A program made the translations under genes and the position numbers. The notes beneath the pieces were generated by a model that did no database searches, was not told the origin of the DNA, and saw only the letters and a list, made by a program, of their open reading frames with translations. This document shows, piece by piece, positions 17,892-28,009 of a DNA stretch of 64,000 nucleotides. Source of the stretch: an uncultured Gemmatimonadota bacterium (GTDB lineage Bacteria > Gemmatimonadota > Gemmatimonadetes > Palauibacterales > Palauibacteraceae); assembly GCA_964465015.1 (NCBI GenBank), contig CAYXHP010000022.1, positions 1,704-65,703 on the forward strand, in the 5' to 3' direction. The stretch's first letter is position 1. Each line of letters begins with the position of its first letter.

Positions 17892-19502
17892 GTGCCACGT
17901 GTCCTCCTCCTCGGCCTCGATTCGGCCGATGCAGAGCTCGTCGAGCGCTGGTGCGACGCGGGGGATCTTCCGCATCTGTCCGCCCTGCGTCGTGACGGCG
18001 TGTGGGGCCGACTGGGTACGACCGCCGACACCATGCACGTGTCCGCCTGGCCGACCCTCTACACCGGAGCCTCGCCGGGTCAGCACGGCATGTACCACGC
18101 CTACCAGGTCGAGTCCCACGTGCAGGGGGTCCACCGGACGCGCCCCGAGGAGTGTGCCCTCCCGCCATTCTGGAAGTTCCTCGATGACGCGGGTCGGCGG
18201 TGCGTCGTCTTCGACGCCTTCATGGACTACCGCCTGCCGGACTTCGGCGGACGCCAGATCCTGGAGTATGGCACCTGGACCTGGTTCGGAAAACCGTCGT
18301 CCACACCGCGGCGCTTGCGCAAGGAGCTCATCCGGAGCGTCGGTCCCTACCCTGCCCCCGAGCACCTGCACGTCCTGAGCGTTCCGGATCCCCGCGCTTT
18401 CCGAGACCAGCTCGTGGCAGGTGCGGAAGCCAAGGCCAGGGCGACGCGGTGGCTGCTCGGTCGGTCGGACTGGGACATGGCGTTCGTGACCTTCGGTGAG
18501 CCGCACGGCGGGGGACACTACCTATGGCACACGGGTGATTCGGACCACCCGGCCTCGCACGACTACGACATCTCCCCGGCGCCCGAGGCCCTGAGGGACG
18601 TCTACCGGGCGGTGGACGCGGCCATCGGGTCCATCCTGGAGTCCGTGGACGATTCCGTGACGGTCGCCGTGTTCTCGGGTGACGGCATGGGTCCCAATTA
18701 CTCGGCCTGTCATCTCATGCCGGAGTTTCTGCGGCGGAAGGGCTGGCTGGTGGACTCGGGGGGCTCGAACCCGGACGGGGAGCCCTCCGTGGCGGCGAAG
18801 AAGGGCCTCCTGTCCCGCGTGCGGGAGATGATTCCCATGGAGTTCCGGCAGATGGTTTCTCGCTGCATTCCGCGGAGTCTCCACTACAGCATGAGCATGA
18901 AGTGGGTGAACGATGGCATCGACTGGGATCGTTCACGGGTCTTCTGTATCCCGAACGCCAACGAAGGCTACTTTCGACTCAATCTCCGCGCTCGCGAGCC
19001 ACGGGGTATCGTCGAGCAAGGGGCCGAGATGGCCGGGATTCTCGAGGAGCTGTCGGATGAGCTGGGGTCCCTGGTGAATCCGGACAGGGGAGCACGCGCG
19101 GTGGACGCCGTGGTGCGGGCGGACGATCGCTTCCCGGGCAGGGCGCGAGACCGCCTGCCGGACGTGATCGCCTGCTGGGATCCGAGCGCTCGCATTCTGG
19201 ACCGGATCGAGGCCGCGCATTGGGGTCTGGTCGAGGGCCAGGCCGGGTACAGGACCGCCCCCTATTACACGGGCAACCACCGGCCCAATGCCTTCGTCAT
19301 CGCCCGAGGTCCCGGTATCACGCCGGGCGCGCGGCTCCGGGGCCACCACATCCGGGACCTGGCACCGACGATCCTGGCCCTGCTCGGTGTGGATCCACCC
19401 GCGCACTTCGAAGGTCGTGCGGTCGCGGAGATTTGTGGAACGGGCAGCCCCGAAGTCGGTGCCCTGAGCCCGAACGCGAGCGGTCATCCATGTGCGGAGT
19501 AG
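17892..19502 (+). CDS. Alkaline-phosphatase-superfamily protein (type I phosphodiesterase-like), paralog 2.
   Basis: GTG 17892. MPRVLLLGLDSADAE ... HVSAWPTLYTGASPGQHG ... HGGGHY. Paralog of 15239..16816. Confidence 0.7.
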   Translation: MPRVLLLGLDSADAELVERWCDAGDLPHLSALRRDGVWGRLGTTADTMHVSAWPTLYTGASPGQHGMYHAYQVESHVQGVHRTRPEECALPPFWKFLDDAGRRCVVFDAFMDYRLPDFGGRQILEYGTWTWFGKPSSTPRRLRKELIRSVGPYPAPEHLHVLSVPDPRAFRDQLVAGAEAKARATRWLLGRSDWDMAFVTFGEPHGGGHYLWHTGDSDHPASHDYDISPAPEALRDVYRAVDAAIGSILESVDDSVTVAVFSGDGMGPNYSACHLMPEFLRRKGWLVDSGGSNPDGEPSVAAKKGLLSRVREMIPMEFRQMVSRCIPRSLHYSMSMKWVNDGIDWDRSRVFCIPNANEGYFRLNLRAREPRGIVEQGAEMAGILEELSDELGSLVNPDRGARAVDAVVRADDRFPGRARDRLPDVIACWDPSARILDRIEAAHWGLVEGQAGYRTAPYYTGNHRPNAFVIARGPGITPGARLRGHHIRDLAPTILALLGVDPPAHFEGRAVAEICGTGSPEVGALSPNASGHPCAE

Positions 19503-21421
19503 CCGGACTCGCCTGCCTCCGCTCGGACTGCTCCCGGGCCCACGAAGTGGTCGTGGGCGCCCTGTGTGACCGGCAGGCGCATCGAGGGCCCGACGACCAG
19601 GGCGTCGTCGTTCTCGACGACGTGTGCCTGGGATCCCGACGCCTGAGCATCCTCGACGTCTCGGCGGCCGGCCACATGCCGATGTCGGACCCGACCGGCC
19701 GCTGGTGGGTGGTCCACAACGGGGAGATCTACAACTTCCGGGATATCCGGCGCGAGTTGGAAGGCGAGGGCCACGTCTTCGTTTCCGAATCGGATACGGA
19801 GGTGATCCTCCACGCCTTCATGGAATGGGGCACGGACGCCTTCCAGCGCTTCGTCGGGATGTTCGCCACCGCCCTGTACGACCGGAACACCCGGTCCCTG
19901 ACGCTGGTCCGGGACCGATACGGCATCAAGCCGCTCTACTACGTCGAGGTCGGCGGTCATCTCCTGTTCTCGTCGGAGCTGAAGGCCCTGCTGGACCGAA
20001 GTGCCCCGGCGAGGGTGGATCGCCAGAAGCTCACCGAGTGGCTCCTGTACCGGAACGTGGATGCGCTCACGCCCGAGACGCTCGTGGAGGGCGTTCGCTC
20101 CGTCATGCCCGGACAGATCCTCCAGGTCCGGGGCGGGGAGATCATCGAGAGCACCTTCTACCAGCCACTCTCGTTCGTGGACGAGACCGTCTATCGCGAG
20201 CAGAGGACGGCGGGCTCCGCCGAGCTGGTGGAGCGGGTCGAAGGGACCCTCCGGGAAGCGGTCCGCTCACGACTCGTGAGCGATGTCCCGGTGGGCACGC
20301 TGTGCAGTGGCGGCCTCGACTCGAGCCTGGTCACGGCGCTGGCCGCCGAGTTCACGACGCAGATCACGGCGTTCCACGTCTCCGTCGCCGAGGCCCCCAA
20401 CCTCGATGAGCGGAGGTTCGCCGAGCGGCTCACCCGGAATCTGGGCATCGAGCTGGTCTCCCACGACCTCACCGCCGCCTCCTTCCGGGCCACGCTGCCC
20501 CGGGCGGTCTACCATTCGGACCTGCCGCTGACACACCCCAACTCGGTCGCCTATCTACAGATCAGTGAGGTGGCGAGAGCCCACGGAGTGATCGTCCTGC
20601 AGTCCGGGGAAGGGGCCGACGAGCTGTTCGGGGGCTACAGCTGGAGCTACCGCAGGCTCCGGACGCTGCAACGGCTGCGAGGATTGCTGCGCCTGGTGCC
20701 GGGTTCCATGGTGGACCGATTCATCCTGTTGGCCTACTCCATGGCCGGACTCCCGGCCACCACGCACAAGTTCCGTGAGGTCCTGCCTGCGACGGTGGCG
20801 GCGATCGACCGGTTCGCCCGGGAGGACTGGGCGGCCCGGTGCGAGGAAGCCTACGGGTTCGTGGACGACGCCATGGATCGTCGCCTGCTGGGACGGATGC
20901 TCGCCGACCTGAGCGACTTCCTGGCTCCCCTCCTCCGTCGCCTGGACCGGATGACGATGGCGGCCTCGGTGGAGTCCCGCGTGCCCTTCCTGGATCACCG
21001 GCTGGTGCACCAGGCGATCAACCTCCCGCTGTCCTACCGGATCGGGGCCCGGGCCGACAAGTGGCTCCTGAAGAGGGTGGCGGACACGCACCTCCCGCGC
21101 AGCAACGTGTGGCGGAAGAAGATGGGATTCCCGCTCCCGCTCGGCGACTTCATCGGTCCACTCGCCATCCTGGAGGCTTTCACGGATGGGTTCTGCGAGC
21201 GCATCCTCGGCTACGCGCGCAGCGCCCTCGAGGACCGGGTGACGCGTTGGGCAGAAGATCCCTTCGCCTTCTTCGGACTGCTGACCCTGGAGATGTGGGG
21301 CCGGATGTTCGTGATGGGCGAGGAGCTCGGAGAGGTGGAGTTCCGCTTCGGTGTCGAGGCCGGGGCCGGCGACCGAGTCGAGGTCGCGGATACCCGTAGT
21401 CGCGCGGTCGGCACGGGATGA
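19490..21421 (+). CDS. Asparagine synthase (glutamine-hydrolysing) family amidotransferase, of the type associated with exosortase systems.
   Basis: Starts MCGVAG with the catalytic Cys2. Class-II glutamine amidotransferase domain. Synthetase-domain SGGLDSS PP-loop. Overlaps the upstream gene by 13 nt. Confidence 0.85.
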   Translation: MCGVAGLACLRSDCSRAHEVVVGALCDRQAHRGPDDQGVVVLDDVCLGSRRLSILDVSAAGHMPMSDPTGRWWVVHNGEIYNFRDIRRELEGEGHVFVSESDTEVILHAFMEWGTDAFQRFVGMFATALYDRNTRSLTLVRDRYGIKPLYYVEVGGHLLFSSELKALLDRSAPARVDRQKLTEWLLYRNVDALTPETLVEGVRSVMPGQILQVRGGEIIESTFYQPLSFVDETVYREQRTAGSAELVERVEGTLREAVRSRLVSDVPVGTLCSGGLDSSLVTALAAEFTTQITAFHVSVAEAPNLDERRFAERLTRNLGIELVSHDLTAASFRATLPRAVYHSDLPLTHPNSVAYLQISEVARAHGVIVLQSGEGADELFGGYSWSYRRLRTLQRLRGLLRLVPGSMVDRFILLAYSMAGLPATTHKFREVLPATVAAIDRFAREDWAARCEEAYGFVDDAMDRRLLGRMLADLSDFLAPLLRRLDRMTMAASVESRVPFLDHRLVHQAINLPLSYRIGARADKWLLKRVADTHLPRSNVWRKKMGFPLPLGDFIGPLAILEAFTDGFCERILGYARSALEDRVTRWAEDPFAFFGLLTLEMWGRMFVMGEELGEVEFRFGVEAGAGDRVEVADTRSRAVGTG

Positions 21422-21497
21422 GACCGTCTCGGTCGCCGCTCGTGGCCGGAGGGCGTCCGGCCCGCGTGCTCACCGCCCCTCGCCGGAGAGATCCCTG

Positions 21498-22625
21498 ATG
21501 CGGATCGGCATCACCATGCTGAGCCACGATCCGACGTGGGGGGGCATAGGGGTCTACACGAGACAGGTCGTGAGGAACCTGCTCGCGGTCGACCCGGACG
21601 ACGAGTACGTACTGATCTACCCGCAATTCGGGCATTCGCGCGAGCACATGGGTGAGTACGAGGCCGCGCACGAGAACGTCACCGAGGTGGAGACGCGGCG
21701 CTCGCTCCACTGGACGACGTACTGGGACCAGGTCGTCGTGCCGGGGGTCGCCCGGGCCCACGAGGTGGACCTGCTGTTCAATCCGTTCTGGTCCGTGCCG
21801 GTCTTCGCCGATTACAAGACGGTGATGACGGTGCATGGAATCGATTCGCACGTGGTGCCCGAATCGCTGAGCCCGCGCGATCGCTTCGAATGGGCACTCC
21901 ACGCCCGCCTCTGGGTGCACCGCGCCGATGCCGTGATCTCGATCTCCGACATGATGACGCGGGACCTGGTCCGTTTCGATCATCTGCCGGTGGAGCGCAT
22001 TCGGAGGATCTATCATGGCTGCGGCGAGCATTTTAGACCGATCCGGGAGCGCGAGCTCCTCGAGGCGGCGCGTCGGCGATTTCGGTTGCCCGAGCGCTTC
22101 ATCCTCTTCGTCGGACGCCTGTTTCCGCAGAAGAACTTCCAGAACCTCCTGCGTGCCTTCCACGCCATTTCGGATCGGGTCCCGCACGCGCTCGTCGTGG
22201 TCGGCCAGCCGCGCTGGAAGTACGGTGACGACCTGCGGCTGGTACAGGAGTTGGGTCTGAAGCAACGGGTGCACCTCATGGACCACGTGGCGAACGAGGA
22301 CCTGCCCGCGCTCTACAGTCTGGCCGATTGTTTCGCTTTCCCCTCGCTCTACGAGGCGTTCGGTCTCGTGGGAGTGGAAGCCATGGCATGCGGATGTCCG
22401 GTGGCCGCCGCGCGCGCCGGCGCCCTTCCGGAGGTCCTCGGCGATGCGGCCGTGTTCTACGATCCCCAGGACGTGGACGAGATGGCCGAAAGGCTGCTGA
22501 CGGTGCTGTGCGACGAGTCCGAGCGGTCGCGGTGCATCCAGCGTGGTCTGGAGCGAGCCCGGGAGTTCACCTGGCGCCGGACGGCGACCGAGACCCTGCG
22601 GCTCTTTCGGGAGCTGGCCGGATGA
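21498..22625 (+). CDS. Family 4 glycosyltransferase.
   Basis: ATG 21498 after GGAGAG. MRIGITML N-terminus. C-terminal GT4 EX7E-like region (FPSLYEAFGLVGVEAMACGCPV). Confidence 0.8.
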   Translation: MRIGITMLSHDPTWGGIGVYTRQVVRNLLAVDPDDEYVLIYPQFGHSREHMGEYEAAHENVTEVETRRSLHWTTYWDQVVVPGVARAHEVDLLFNPFWSVPVFADYKTVMTVHGIDSHVVPESLSPRDRFEWALHARLWVHRADAVISISDMMTRDLVRFDHLPVERIRRIYHGCGEHFRPIRERELLEAARRRFRLPERFILFVGRLFPQKNFQNLLRAFHAISDRVPHALVVVGQPRWKYGDDLRLVQELGLKQRVHLMDHVANEDLPALYSLADCFAFPSLYEAFGLVGVEAMACGCPVAAARAGALPEVLGDAAVFYDPQDVDEMAERLLTVLCDESERSRCIQRGLERAREFTWRRTATETLRLFRELAG

Positions 22626-23911
22626 AGCGCTCGTTGGGATTCCGGGACTATGTCTGGCTCGGTCTGACCGTGCTCGCGCTCCTCGCAGCGGCCGGAGAGA
22701 TCACTCTCCGCCTGGTACCGAGCCTCAGCCCGATCGCCGACGCGGAAAGCCGCATGCGTCGCCTACGTCCGGACCGAACGCCGATCTCGCGCAGAATCAA
22801 GAGGCAGCTGGTCGCGGCTCCCGCACGGTACAGGGAGGATCCGTACCTGGGCGCTGTACTGGCTCCGTCGGAGCACGACACTTACCGCACCCCGGATTTC
22901 GACTGGTCATGGGGCACTGACAGTCTCGGATTCGTCAACCACGAGCCCTGGCCCGAGCACCCGGACGCCGTGGTGCTGGGCAGCTCCCTGGTGATGGCTC
23001 CAGGCGTCGGAATGGACGGGCGGTTCTCAACGGTCCTGGAGCGCCGTTTCGGTCGCGCCATACTGAACCTGGGGTCCCCGGGGGCCGGTACCGAAATGGA
23101 GGATCGGATCGAGCAGAAGTTCGCCGAGCCGCTACGGCCGCCGCTGGTGATCGATGCCCTCTGGTTGGCGAGCGACATCGACAACACGCTCGAGTTCCAC
23201 GACTGGCTGAAGGAAGAGCCAGGTGAGGCGTTCACCCCGTATCGCATGAGCTACTGGAACTCGCACTCAGCCGCTACGCCGCCTGCCCGGTTGGCGCGCC
23301 TGCTCGACCATTCTGCGCTGTGGAGAGCCGTCCACCTGTCCGTGAAGGCGCTCGCGATCCGACAGCACATCCGGGAGGCGGTACTGCTCCCGCATGGCGA
23401 CACGATCTTCCTGTCGGTCCGGGTGCAGCATCGCCTGGCCCTGGGCCTCGACCGCGGCCCCGAGCCCGACATGAAGGACATCTTCCTGGAGCCGCTCCAG
23501 CGAATGCAGCGGCGGATCGAGGCCAGGGGCGGCCGCTTCCTGGTCGTCCTGCTGCCCAGCAAGGAGGCCATCTACGGGGCGGCGGCGTACCCGGCCGTCA
23601 TGCGAGCTCTCCGGCAGACTCGCCAGGGCCTGGCCCGCAGGGGCATCCAGTACCTGGACCTCACCGATGTATTCCGGGCGGCAGGTCGGGAGCCATCCCC
23701 ATACTATCCGCTGGACATCCACTACACGCGCCTCGGCAACCAGCTCATCGCCGACGCGATCGCCGACTGGATCGTGGCGAACCGGGCATTCGGTGTGCCG
23801 GCCCCGGCCCACGGCAAGTCTGCGCCTCCGTCCACCTCTCAGGCAGGACGGACCACCCGGGGGACCGCGGCTTCCGTCACGCTGAGGAGGCCTCGAACCG
23901 AGGGGCGCTGA
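22622..23911 (+). CDS. Membrane-anchored SGNH-hydrolase-like protein (paralog 2 of 4).
   Basis: ATG 22622 overlaps the upstream stop (ATGA). TM LGLTVLALLAAAG. VVLGSSLVMAPGVG and DIHYTRLGNQLIA blocks. Collinear similarity with 9062..10267. Confidence 0.7.
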   Translation: MKRSLGFRDYVWLGLTVLALLAAAGEITLRLVPSLSPIADAESRMRRLRPDRTPISRRIKRQLVAAPARYREDPYLGAVLAPSEHDTYRTPDFDWSWGTDSLGFVNHEPWPEHPDAVVLGSSLVMAPGVGMDGRFSTVLERRFGRAILNLGSPGAGTEMEDRIEQKFAEPLRPPLVIDALWLASDIDNTLEFHDWLKEEPGEAFTPYRMSYWNSHSAATPPARLARLLDHSALWRAVHLSVKALAIRQHIREAVLLPHGDTIFLSVRVQHRLALGLDRGPEPDMKDIFLEPLQRMQRRIEARGGRFLVVLLPSKEAIYGAAAYPAVMRALRQTRQGLARRGIQYLDLTDVFRAAGREPSPYYPLDIHYTRLGNQLIADAIADWIVANRAFGVPAPAHGKSAPPSTSQAGRTTRGTAASVTLRRPRTEGR

Positions 23912-24005
23912 GGTCGCGGCTCATCTCAACACACGCTATGATGGTATACCCGTGCGAACCGCGCCTGTCGACGGTTCCACCTGTGCAGGAGCGTCGAGGT
24001 CGAGC

Positions 24006-24665
24006 ATGGATAGACGGTTGCGGACGCTCCTCCTCCTGGCGGCATCCGAGAAGTCCTATCTCTCGCGTATGGTGAGGCGCCTCAAACCTCGCGTCATCCC
24101 GGACGCGGACAAGCGACCGGAAGCCCAGGGTGATGGTCGCTATGCCGACCTCGAGAGCGGAGAAGAGGCTCGCTACGCCTTCGTCGCGGGGTACCTGAGC
24201 CAGGTGGGCGGCGATGGTTCTCCCTCGGTGCTCGACGTGGGTTGCGGTCCCGGTATCCTGCAGCCGTACCTGTCGCGGCACGGGTATGCACGCTACCTCG
24301 GGATAGACTTCGCTCCCAACAACATCGCCGTGGCCAGCCGCCGAGCCGACGAGAACACGAGCTTCGAACTGGCCCGGGCCACGGAGTATGAGCCGCTCGA
24401 CACCTTCGATCTCATCGTTTTCAACGAGATGCTGTACTTCCTCGACGATCCCGTCGGCTGCATTCGATCGTACATGCGGCATCTCGAGCCGGGAGGCCTG
24501 GTCGTCACCTCCAATACGATCGATTTCGCGACGCTGGGTCTCGTTCGCGCGCTTCGCACGAGTCTTCCCATCCTGGACGAGACCCTGGTCGTCAACGCGG
24601 CTGGATTCGGCTGGGTGATCCAGGCTGTCGGCGAGCGAAAGGGATCAGTCCTGGAGAGTCGCTGA
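24006..24665 (+). CDS. Class I SAM-dependent methyltransferase.
   Basis: Motif I VLDVGCGPG. Start taken at ATG 24006 (MDRRLRT). Upstream GTG 23952 lies in an AT-richer promoter-like stretch. The 3' end overlaps the convergent flippase gene by 21 nt. Confidence 0.7.
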   Translation: MDRRLRTLLLLAASEKSYLSRMVRRLKPRVIPDADKRPEAQGDGRYADLESGEEARYAFVAGYLSQVGGDGSPSVLDVGCGPGILQPYLSRHGYARYLGIDFAPNNIAVASRRADENTSFELARATEYEPLDTFDLIVFNEMLYFLDDPVGCIRSYMRHLEPGGLVVTSNTIDFATLGLVRALRTSLPILDETLVVNAAGFGWVIQAVGERKGSVLESR

Positions 24666-26243
24666 GCCGCCGGATACGGAGGCAGCCTCCTGCACCGCCC
24701 GGGCGCTCGGAATCACGAGGTCTTGAGCGTCGATTTCGCCCAGCAACCACAGCACTCCGAGATAGGCTGCGGCCAGCCCTGTGAGCTTCACGAGGACGAG
24801 CAGTCCCGACGTGTGCACGAAGATCGCCGGAACGGCCACCACGAGTGATGCGATCGCGACCCTGATCGATGTGCCGAGGGGAACGGGTGGCCCGAACTCG
24901 CGCCACGTCAGCACCGTGATTGTGACTCCGACGCCGAACATTCCGAGCATCAGCGAGAGAGCTGCGCCCATCGGGCCCATCGACGGAATCAGAAGGTAGT
25001 TCGCCAGGCCTACCACCGGCATGAAGGCGAGGAGGACGCCGGCCGTCGCACGCTGCCGGCCGGCAGCCATGAGACCGTAGGCCAGTGAGTCCAGGAGCGC
25101 GAACCATGCATAGGCGATCAGTTGCACGGTCAGGAAGATCCCTCCACTCGCGTAGTCGCTCGAGTAGACGAGGCTCATGAGGGAGGATGCGCTTCCCCCC
25201 AGGATGACCACCGCGGGAGCGCCCAGGATCAGGGAGAAGCGGCCCGCCTCGCGCACGTGCTCGTGTGCCCCTCTGCGGTTTCCCTCGGAGAGAGCCCAGG
25301 CGACAGAGGACAGCACGACGCCTGACTGGACGATGGGGATCACCGTCAGCATCTGGGAGATCTTGAGGGCTGCGACGTAGCGGCCGATGACGGCTGCGTC
25401 CCCGTGCCAGAGACTGCCCAGCGACCAGAGGTCGAGGCTCGTGAGGACGTTCAGACACACCACGAACATGCTGATCTGGCCTCCCAGGGAGACCACCTCG
25501 CGCATCAAGGACCACACCGGTCGAAAACCCTCCGGTGGGTATCGCACGACGAGGTAGAGGAGCGCGGCACAGGATGCCAGCACGTTGACCACGAGCGCGC
25601 GCCCGACCGACATCCCGAGGTAGACCAGCGCGATGGCTCCGAGGCACTTCGTCGCTCCCAGCAGCACCTGACTCGCCGCCAGGGGTCCGAATCGTCGACG
25701 TCCGTTGAGCGCCCCGGTGTATCCGGCGCAGGCAGCCGAGAAGGGAACATCCAGGAGGGCCAGGCGAAACAGGCGAGCGCCATCCGCGATGCCGAAGAGA
25801 TGGCCGAGCCGAGGCGCCAGGTACCACCCGATCGCAAAGACCAGGAGCGACGTCACGAGCAGCACGGCGCGCGCCGATTGCTCCACCTCCCTCGTCTGGG
25901 ACTGGTGATCGGGGATCAGCTTCCCCAGGGCTCCGGGTACGCCGATGAAGCTCAACATCTCCAGCCAGACGAGCACGGACAGCAGGAGGCCGTACACTCC
26001 GAAGGCCGCGGGCGCGAGGGTGCGGGCCAGTATCACGGAGCCCACATAGCTGAGCACCAGGAAGATGGCCCGCCCGACCAGCAGCTGTCGGGTTCCGCGC
26101 TTCTGGGTCAGCTGCGCCTCGTCTGGTGTGGACGAGCCGTCCGCCGCCCCGGTCATGCCGGGACTTTCGTCGGCCACGAGGTCTTTCACCTTCAGCTCCT
26201 GTTCATTCCGGACCGCATCGGCATGAACGCACCCGGCGCGCAT
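24645..26243 (-). CDS. Polysaccharide biosynthesis flippase (Wzx-like, MOP/oligosaccharidyl-lipid flippase family).
   Basis: About 12-14 TM helices. Conserved flippase-like layout. Start could be the internal ATG at 26156 (MTGAADG ...); the first 29 codons have somewhat lower GC3. Confidence 0.75.
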   Translation of the reverse strand: MRAGCVHADAVRNEQELKVKDLVADESPGMTGAADGSSTPDEAQLTQKRGTRQLLVGRAIFLVLSYVGSVILARTLAPAAFGVYGLLLSVLVWLEMLSFIGVPGALGKLIPDHQSQTREVEQSARAVLLVTSLLVFAIGWYLAPRLGHLFGIADGARLFRLALLDVPFSAACAGYTGALNGRRRFGPLAASQVLLGATKCLGAIALVYLGMSVGRALVVNVLASCAALLYLVVRYPPEGFRPVWSLMREVVSLGGQISMFVVCLNVLTSLDLWSLGSLWHGDAAVIGRYVAALKISQMLTVIPIVQSGVVLSSVAWALSEGNRRGAHEHVREAGRFSLILGAPAVVILGGSASSLMSLVYSSDYASGGIFLTVQLIAYAWFALLDSLAYGLMAAGRQRATAGVLLAFMPVVGLANYLLIPSMGPMGAALSLMLGMFGVGVTITVLTWREFGPPVPLGTSIRVAIASLVVAVPAIFVHTSGLLVLVKLTGLAAAYLGVLWLLGEIDAQDLVIPSARAVQEAASVSGGSATLQD

Positions 26244-26363
26244 CCAACGTGGGTGATGGCTCGGGGGTGGCTCCGCGTTTCGTGGTGCGGCGGCCCGCGC
26301 TCTGCCGCGCCCGGAAGGGAGCTAAGTGGGAGAAGGGAGTGACCGCTTCATGAACTCCCGGGG

Positions 26364-27893
26364 TCATTCGGGGCTCTGGTCCAGCCAGTATCGCCACAGA
26401 TCGCAGACGTCGTCGAGGCTCTCGAATACATGACCGTGTCGACTCGGTATCATCTTGAGGAACCAGGAGGCCTTCCCGGCCAGGGATGGATCGCAGAATA
26501 CCAGGACGGAGCCGTCGCCGTGAAGGACCGATCGGATGAGGGACCACAGCAGCCGGGGGGTGGGCCGGTCCGCGAGGGAGATTCGCAGGCGCGGCTCGCG
26601 CACGTCCGAAAGATCGGTGGGGGGCTCGCCAACGGCAACGACGTCCAGTCGGGCGTTCGGAAACAATCTCGCCAGCAGTCGGATCTGTTCGGAGAGATCG
26701 CGGACCCGATGCCCGATCAGAAGAGTGAGACGGCGTAGGCGTGCCCGGCGCTCGAACAGGTTCCTCGCGATCTCATCGACCGGCGCTCGAGGCCTTGCTC
26801 TGAGCAGCACGAGGGGAGCGTGCGGAAGATCCGGTGGACGCTTCAGCTGCCACAGCGTCTCCGTGTAGCCTCCATCGTTGCCGGAGGTCGCACGCGCGTA
26901 GCCCTCGATGATCGGCCGTAGCGTTCCCGGCTCGAACTGGGATGCGTAGATCCTCAGACACTCAAGCTTGTCCTCGAGTACGCGGCCCACCCCGAAGGTG
27001 CGCCGCTCGAGGACAGCGCCCCGGCGGCGGAGCAGCTCCACGACCGCGTTCGCGGTACCGGGATGCTCCTCCGCGTACGGGAGGTCCTCGTACAACATGA
27101 CCTTCCTGGTCGCGAGCTCGCTCCAGTGCTCGGAAGCGAGCTGAAGGCCTGCGTCTCTCGTCAGCCGGTGGTCGAAGTGGTTGCCGAGTCCGAGCGGAAG
27201 CCAGACTTCGTCCGCCGAGGTCTCCAGAATCCACGACCCGAGCCGCTCCGAGATCCGCTCGACTTCCGCGCGAGACGGCGGTGCGTGTCGGTACATGCTC
27301 TGTCGCTTGAGGGTCGCCCGGATATCGCCGGTGAGGTACCGATCCGGGTCGATGTAGCGGATCGTGACATCGGGCTCTTCGAGCGTGTGGTAGCGGGCCT
27401 GCAGGAACCGCGCGGCGAGCATCGACTCCTGCCTTCGAAGAGCGGTGATCCGGTCCACGTCGAAGTCGCCGACCTCCGGGTCCGCCAGATAGAACGTCGC
27501 GTTGGAGCGTGACACCACGGAGAGGACGTGTATGCGCGCGGCACCGCGTCTGAGGAGGAGCGTGCCCCCGGCGCTGAGTGCCACGTCGTCCGGGTGCGGC
27601 TCGATCGCGAGGACGCTCGGACCGGCATCCGGAAGGGTCGGTGGAACCAGCGTCACGACTCCCGCCGCCCACAGTCGGGCGAGTGCCTTCACTCCCGATG
27701 CGCCCGGCAGGAGGGATCGAATGTCGCGGCTACCGTCGAGTGCGGTGAGGACCTCGAGAAGCGCCGGTCCGGCATCGAGCACGGGTCGCCGCGCCTCGAG
27801 AAAGAAGATGGCGTCGCCCCGTACCCTGAAGTGTGGAAGCCTGCACGGGATCCAATCCGGGTGCGCCTCCACGAAGGCGCGCCGTCGGTCCAT
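26364..27893 (-). CDS. PIG-L/LmbE-family N-acetylglucosaminyl deacetylase domain protein with a ~200-aa C-terminal extension of unknown function.
   Basis: PIG-L signature IEPHPDDVALSAGGTLL. Start chosen at Met86 of ORF 26364..28148 (MDRRRAFVEAHPDW) because the first 85 codons are Arg-rich read-through. Confidence 0.65.
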   Translation of the reverse strand: MDRRRAFVEAHPDWIPCRLPHFRVRGDAIFFLEARRPVLDAGPALLEVLTALDGSRDIRSLLPGASGVKALARLWAAGVVTLVPPTLPDAGPSVLAIEPHPDDVALSAGGTLLLRRGAARIHVLSVVSRSNATFYLADPEVGDFDVDRITALRRQESMLAARFLQARYHTLEEPDVTIRYIDPDRYLTGDIRATLKRQSMYRHAPPSRAEVERISERLGSWILETSADEVWLPLGLGNHFDHRLTRDAGLQLASEHWSELATRKVMLYEDLPYAEEHPGTANAVVELLRRRGAVLERRTFGVGRVLEDKLECLRIYASQFEPGTLRPIIEGYARATSGNDGGYTETLWQLKRPPDLPHAPLVLLRARPRAPVDEIARNLFERRARLRRLTLLIGHRVRDLSEQIRLLARLFPNARLDVVAVGEPPTDLSDVREPRLRISLADRPTPRLLWSLIRSVLHGDGSVLVFCDPSLAGKASWFLKMIPSRHGHVFESLDDVCDLWRYWLDQSPE

Positions 27894-28009
27894 TTCGGGC
27901 TCCGACGCGCCGGCTTGCGAGGCACGGGCTCGGGGCTCCCGTTCGACCTCCGGCAGCTCGCGATCGGACGGGTCCGGAGAGATCTCGATCCGTGGCAAGC
28001 GAGTGTTCC

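Noticed and set aside
23942-23956. Second TGGTAT...TGCG motif, considered as a sigma-54 promoter upstream of the methyltransferase gene.
   Set aside because: The GG-to-GC spacing is one nucleotide short of the strict sigma-54 requirement.
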